Shown in pieces: positions 25,399-29,725 of a stretch of DNA of 29,725 bases (its first letter is position 1; the number at the start of each line of letters is the position of its first letter). The DNA lies in the NCBI GenBank assembly GCA_964468305.1, contig CAYXVP010000002.1:1-29725 (forward strand). The letters are read 5' to 3'. A program made the position numbers and the translations under genes. Source of the DNA: an uncultured Anaerolinea sp. (lineage in GTDB: Bacteria; Chloroflexota; Limnocylindria; Limnocylindrales; CSP1-4). The notes under the pieces were generated by a model. The model saw only the letters and a list, made by a program, of their open reading frames with translations. It made no database searches and was not told the DNA's origin.

Positions 25399-26811
25399 TC
25401 AGCGCACGGAGAGCAGGAACGTGGTGTCCACCGAGCGGTCGTCGCCGCCGACCGTCCGCGGGTTGGTGACCGTGACCCCGATCGAGAGCTGCCTGGGCAA
25501 CGGCGTCGTCGAGGTGGTGAACATCTCGCTGGTCGTGGCCGTGGTGCCGACGATCATTGGCTGCGTGTCACTGGAGAGCACGATGGGATCGCCGCCGTCG
25601 AACGTCAGGCCGCTGACGATGATCATCCCGCGCTGGAAGTAGGTGCCGTCGTCCGGGCGGTCCGGGTCGTACGTCCAGGTGAACTGGACGGTCAGGGTCT
25701 CCTTCGACAGCGTCGCGTACGCGATCGCCAGGTGGAGGAAATGCTTGCCGTCGCGCTCCTGCCACCAGAGGTCGTGGATGTCGGAGGCCGCGGTCCGATA
25801 CGCGGCAAGCGGGAGGTTGCCGTAGTCGAACGTCCAGGTCTGCCCGTCCGGCGACGTGAGCCGGGTGACGCCGTCGTTCAAGGTTGCCAGGTACCCGCCG
25901 GCATCCTGGACGACCGTGAACTCCGTGGGCGAGAGGACCACCGGGAACGCCGCCCGACGGAGCCCGGAGGCGCGCAACCCGGGCGCCGTCTCGCCGAGGT
26001 ACGTCTGGGCCGTCGCGACGTCGCCGGCGTTCGCGGCGGCGACCAGGCTCTGGAGCGTGTCGTACGCGGCCTGGGCGAACGCGGCCGGCAGCCCGGTCGG
26101 GCCTGGCGCAGTGGGCTGGACCGTTGGCTCGACGGTCGGCTCGACGGTCGGCTCCGGCGTCGGCGGCAGGGGACTGGGCGTCGGCGGCGCGGCGGTCGGT
26201 GCCGGGGTCGAGGTCTGGCGGACGGCCACGCCGGTCGATCCGAGCGTCGAGTAGACGAGGTAGACCGCGACGACGCCTGCGGCGATCAGGGCGCCCCAGC
26301 CGAGGATGGCCCGCCCGGAGATGCCGACGCGCCCCCGGCTCGACCCCCTCGCGCGCTGGCGGCGCGGCTCGGGCGGTGCGGGTGGTGTTGCCGACCAGGC
26401 GATGCTCGAGGCGTCGGCCGACGATCTGTCGAAGCTGCCCGCCGGTCGGTCGAGGTCGTCGTCGAGGGGCTCGAAGTCGTCGGCTGACTCTTCGTCCCCC
26501 GATTCGTCGTCCCCCGTTTCGTCCTCGGTCGACCCGCCGTCCGACGCTCCCGCGGCGCTCGCGGTTCTGGCCTTCGACCGGCTCGCAGCCCTGACCCGAG
26601 AGGCGTCGTAGCGGCCGCGCAGCTCCGGGTCGGTCAGCCATTCGCGCGCGACGCGAGCGCGGAAGATGCGCCGTTCGGTGGAGGCTCCGGTGTTCCCGCT
26701 CTGCGCGTCGATCAGGTCGAGATATGCCTGTTCGATCGCGACGAGATCGGCTGACGGATCGACCCCGAGCGCGGCGTACAAGTCGAAGCGGGGAATCGAC
26801 TGGCGGGCCAC
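25399..26811 (-). CDS. J-domain-like (DnaJ N-terminal) membrane protein lacking HPD
   Basis: DLYAALGVDPSA...IEQAY...AREWLTDPELRGRYD J-fold ends. An acidic linker, TM ILGWGALIAAGVVAVYLVY, a Pro/Thr linker and a distal beta-rich domain follow. Confidence 0.75.
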   Translation of the reverse strand: MARQSIPRFDLYAALGVDPSADLVAIEQAYLDLIDAQSGNTGASTERRIFRARVAREWLTDPELRGRYDASRVRAASRSKARTASAAGASDGGSTEDETGDDESGDEESADDFEPLDDDLDRPAGSFDRSSADASSIAWSATPPAPPEPRRQRARGSSRGRVGISGRAILGWGALIAAGVVAVYLVYSTLGSTGVAVRQTSTPAPTAAPPTPSPLPPTPEPTVEPTVEPTVQPTAPGPTGLPAAFAQAAYDTLQSLVAAANAGDVATAQTYLGETAPGLRASGLRRAAFPVVLSPTEFTVVQDAGGYLATLNDGVTRLTSPDGQTWTFDYGNLPLAAYRTAASDIHDLWWQERDGKHFLHLAIAYATLSKETLTVQFTWTYDPDRPDDGTYFQRGMIIVSGLTFDGGDPIVLSSDTQPMIVGTTATTSEMFTTSTTPLPRQLSIGVTVTNPRTVGGDDRSVDTTFLLSVR

Positions 26812-26900
26812 CGCCGTCTAGGGTGCCACCGCGCACCACCCGCCGACAACGTGATTCCGAACGCGGCGGTTCGGAGCGGGCGGTTCCGGTGCGACGAGGG

Positions 26901-28187
26901 TCAGGGTGCCCAGGCCTGCATCGTGATCGAGCCCGGGCCGCTGCCCTGGCAGCTCGGGACGCCGCTGGTTGAGTCGCTGGCCGGGTCGGCGACGATGAAG
27001 TTGGTCCCGTCGCGGAAGGCGACGGTGACCGGCTGTGCCGGCTTCGGGCCGCAGTAGTTGTGGACCTGGACCTTCGTGCGCTGCACGTCGCCCGGTCCGA
27101 TCCGCTCGAGATTCGAGGCGACGTCCACCCCGATGATCAGCGGCGTCCGCCCGTGATCGACGAGCCACGGCTCCGGCAACGGATCGATGAAGCACGCGCC
27201 GCTCGAGACGTTGTGGAGCTCGACCGAGGCGATCCAGTCGCCGCCGAGAGCCTCCCAACCGGTGACCCGCGCGGTCAGCTCGCCCGGTTGGCAGACGCGC
27301 GTCGCATCGCTGGGCACCGGCGTGACGATAGCGACACCACCACCGCCGCCACCGAACAGGCGCGGCACGATGAGGAGGGCCACGGCAACGCCGGCCACCG
27401 CCAGCCAGAGGCGGCGATCGAGCGCTCGCGCCCGTTCGAGCAGCTCTCGAAGCGTTGCCTCCAGCTGCTCGGGGAGACCGGGTTCGGGCGCCGTGTCGAT
27501 GGCGGCCTTCGCCACCTCGGCCGGATCGAGGGCGACCAGGGCGCGACCCGCCAGGGCGCGGATCCGCTCCGCGAGCGCGGCCTCGTAGTCGGCGACCGTC
27601 TGGGAGGGCATGCCCGCGAGGCGGTCCTCGCCCACGAGCCCCTTGAGGATGCGCGCGATTCGCGCCAGGACCGCTCGCTCGGGAATGTCCAGCTCGCGCC
27701 CGATCGCCTCCGCGTCCATGCCGCCGACGTAGCGCAGCGCGACGATCATCCGATCGTGCCCGTCGAGCTCGGCCAGGGCATTGGCCAGCTGGAGCTCGTC
27801 CGACCGGTAGGCCCGCGCCTGCGACGCCTGGGTCGCCTGCACGCCGGATTCGACGGCGCCGTCCTGGCCTGGCCGGTAGCCGGACTCGACGATCTGGCGC
27901 GCCTCGGCGGCGGCGAGACCGAGGAGCCAGTCGCGCTGCCGGTCCGGAGCGGGCGGTGTCGGGCTGGTGAGTCCGCGCCAGGCCCTGGCCCACGCCGACC
28001 TGACCGCGTCCTGCGCCGGCCCGGGGCCCTCGCTCACCACGAATGCGACACGCGCCATCTCGTCGTGGTTCGCCGCGACCATCGCCTCGAACGCGGCGAG
28101 CTGCGCGGGATCGACGTTTGGCCGTGCCGGCGCGGCCTCCTCCGCCTCCCCGGCCGGTCCGGTCCCTCGCTTTGCTTCGTCGACCAC
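26901..28187 (-). CDS. ECF sigma-70-like factor fused to a TM helix and extracytoplasmic (DUF4232-like) domain
   Basis: Region 2 (AFEAMVAANHDEMARVAF...AQDAVRSAWARAW...WLLGLAAAEAR) and region 4 (LAELDGHDRMIVALRYVGGMDAEAIGREL). TM LWLAVAGVAVALLIV and a Cys-containing CQPGEL...LHNVSSGAC domain follow. Confidence 0.75.
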   Translation of the reverse strand: MVDEAKRGTGPAGEAEEAAPARPNVDPAQLAAFEAMVAANHDEMARVAFVVSEGPGPAQDAVRSAWARAWRGLTSPTPPAPDRQRDWLLGLAAAEARQIVESGYRPGQDGAVESGVQATQASQARAYRSDELQLANALAELDGHDRMIVALRYVGGMDAEAIGRELDIPERAVLARIARILKGLVGEDRLAGMPSQTVADYEAALAERIRALAGRALVALDPAEVAKAAIDTAPEPGLPEQLEATLRELLERARALDRRLWLAVAGVAVALLIVPRLFGGGGGGVAIVTPVPSDATRVCQPGELTARVTGWEALGGDWIASVELHNVSSGACFIDPLPEPWLVDHGRTPLIIGVDVASNLERIGPGDVQRTKVQVHNYCGPKPAQPVTVAFRDGTNFIVADPASDSTSGVPSCQGSGPGSITMQAWAP

Positions 28188-28272
28188 TCGCCCGTGTCCC
28201 CCCGTTCCACGCGCGACGAACGAACTGGTCGCACGCAGCGCGATCGTATGGTGCCTGTTGGCAGCATGTCAG

Positions 28273-28309
28273 TGGCCCGATCGGGCCATGCCGCCCGAGC
28301 GGTCATAAT
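28273..28309 (+). promoter_or_regulatory. 16-bp palindrome plus -10-like CATAAT upstream of the STAND gene
   Basis: TGGCCCGATCGGGCCA (28273-28288) is a perfect palindrome. CATAAT (28304-28309) lies 7 nt before ATG 28317. Confidence 0.5.
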
Positions 28310-28316
28310 CGATCCG

Positions 28317-29375
28317 ATGGTCGAGGAGGCAACGGCACCGGCGGCGCAGGGGGCACCGGCGGCACAGACGGCAGCGGCGGATCCCGGGCCGCTCCGGCTG
28401 CTGGCGGGCGACGCGCTCGATCCGCTCGTCCAGTCGCAGTGCTCGCTGTCCGTGCAGCTGCGCCGCGCGACGGGCTCGATCGTCGGCCGCAGCGCCGAGC
28501 TGACCGCGATCGCGCAGGCAATCCGCGAGGCCGGGACTCGCCTCACGGCGGTGACCCTCGAGGGCGAACCGGGCATCGGCAAGACACGGCTGCTCGTCGG
28601 GGCCGCCGAGATGGCCGAGGCGGCAGGCTTCACCACCGTCGCGATCACGGCCGACGAGGAGATCCGCGGCCCGTTCCTGGTCGGTCGATCGCTGTTCGCA
28701 AACGGCGCCATCCGCGAGTCTGCCCTGGGCACTCGCGGCGAGGTTGCCCTGCGGCGGGTGGTCGAGGCTCTCGGGGGCCGGGACGAGCCGGGCTTCGAGA
28801 ACCTGTCGCCGGACGCCAAGATGCTCCGCGCCTTCGACCTGGCCGGCATCGCCATCAGTGACCTGGCCCGCGTGAAGCCGATCGCGCTGCTGATCGACGA
28901 CGTCCAGTGGGCCGACGACGACACATTGCGCATGCTCCGGTACGCCGTTCGCAGCGTCGCCGAGCAGCCCGTGTTCCTGTTCCTCTCGCTGCGACCGGAC
29001 GAGTTCGCCACGGTGCCCGAGGCCGTCAACTTCGTCGCCGACATGGAGCGGATGGGACTGGTCCGGCGCCTCCGGGTCACACGCTTCAGCGCCTCCGAGA
29101 CCGGGTTGCTCCTGCGCCAGGTCCTGGGTGGCCCCGTCGATGGCCAGTCGATCGCGGCGATGCAGACGCAGTCGGAAGGCGTGCCGTTCATCGTCGAGGA
29201 GCTCGCCCGAGCGCATCGCGAGGCCGGCACGATCCAGCAGATCGACGGGGAGTGGCGGCTCGGGCGGAACCCGGCCCGGCTGGGTCCCTCCGCGGTCCGG
29301 GCCCTGATCCCACCCCGGGCCCCGCCCCTTCCGCCCGCCACCCGTTCGCCCCCCCGGCACCCCGTGGCGTCGGGG
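28317..29375 (+). CDS. STAND AAA ATPase (LuxR/MalT-like N-terminal part), 3'-truncated
   Basis: Not in the ORF track because the frame has no stop before the window end. Has IVGRSAEL, Walker A GEPGIGKT, Walker B LLIDDVQWAD and SEGVPFIVEEL. Protein-like sequence decays after ~29283. Confidence 0.85.
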
Positions 29376-29723
29376 CGTGACGCTGTACCCCTTGAGGCCG
29401 TAGACGCCGGGAAATCGCAGGCGCGGCGCGAGCCGACCCGTCCACGGCCCCATCGCCAGCACGACGGCGTCGCCCTCGATCGCCTCGCCCTGGGCCGTGA
29501 CAACTCCAGACGCGGCGCCGTCGCGGCGCGCGATGTCCTCGACGAGCGCGATGCGCAGCCTGGCGCCGCGGGCCTGCGCCGCGTCGAGGAGGGCCGCGGT
29601 GAACCGCGCCGGCGTGACCTGGGCGGTTGTCTCGGTCGAGCCGAGCGCGGCCGTGACGATCCCGGCGCCGGCGAACCAGCGCGGCCCCGCGACGCGGTGG
29701 CCCCCGGGCAAGGTCCCCTTCCC
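29376..29723 (-). CDS. FAD-dependent oxidoreductase (DAO-like) internal fragment
   Basis: TTAQVTPARFTAALLDAAQARGA, DAVVLAMGPWT and VYGLKGYSV motifs. It enters from the window edge and loses similarity at about 29376. Confidence 0.75.
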
Positions 29724-29725
29724 CC

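Noticed and set aside
20178-29503. Long alternative-frame ORFs (20178-21623, 23212-24384, 25568-26839, 26818-27993, 28034-29503)
   Set aside because: They overlap motif-bearing genes and have low-complexity shadow composition.
28269-29711. 480-aa ORF as a single gene
   Set aside because: Only the first ~110 aa are oxidoreductase-like. The rest is antisense to the STAND ATPase.

Overview
High-GC bacterial window. The gene content (STAND-type cyclase/LuxR regulators, Pro/Thr-linker membrane proteins, TANNNT leaderless promoters) suggests a soil Chloroflexota- or Actinomycetota-like organism, which is an inference. The core-like flanks hold a 5'-partial TrpB2, an ACT protein, a cold-shock gene with promoter and terminator, a VWA membrane protein, a DZR-cyclase-STAND-TPR protein and a Zn alcohol dehydrogenase. 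A visibly less GC-rich island of about 9.2 kb (about 8.1-17.3 kb, all minus strand, no integrase seen) carries a complete type I R-M system (hsdR-hsdS-hsdM) and a NucS/DUF91-like nuclease with a probable EVE/PUA-like C-terminal domain. It also carries a translationally coupled pair, a YejK/NdpA-like nucleoid-associated protein plus a stand-alone RelA/SpoT synthetase-domain protein, and two hypothetical genes. That pair is the best candidate for an undescribed anti-phage system. To the right lie an orphan BtuF-like protein, a STAND-LuxR regulator and two divergent toxin-antitoxin modules with clear operators and leaderless promoters. These are followed by a run of membrane proteins (PASTA-like, J-domain-like lacking HPD, ECF sigma fused to an anti-sigma-like membrane part), PhhB and a cupin. 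The last ~450 bp look like a degraded, probably chimeric junction between a STAND ATPase and an FAD oxidoreductase. All family calls come from motif recognition by eye and no database searches were run.
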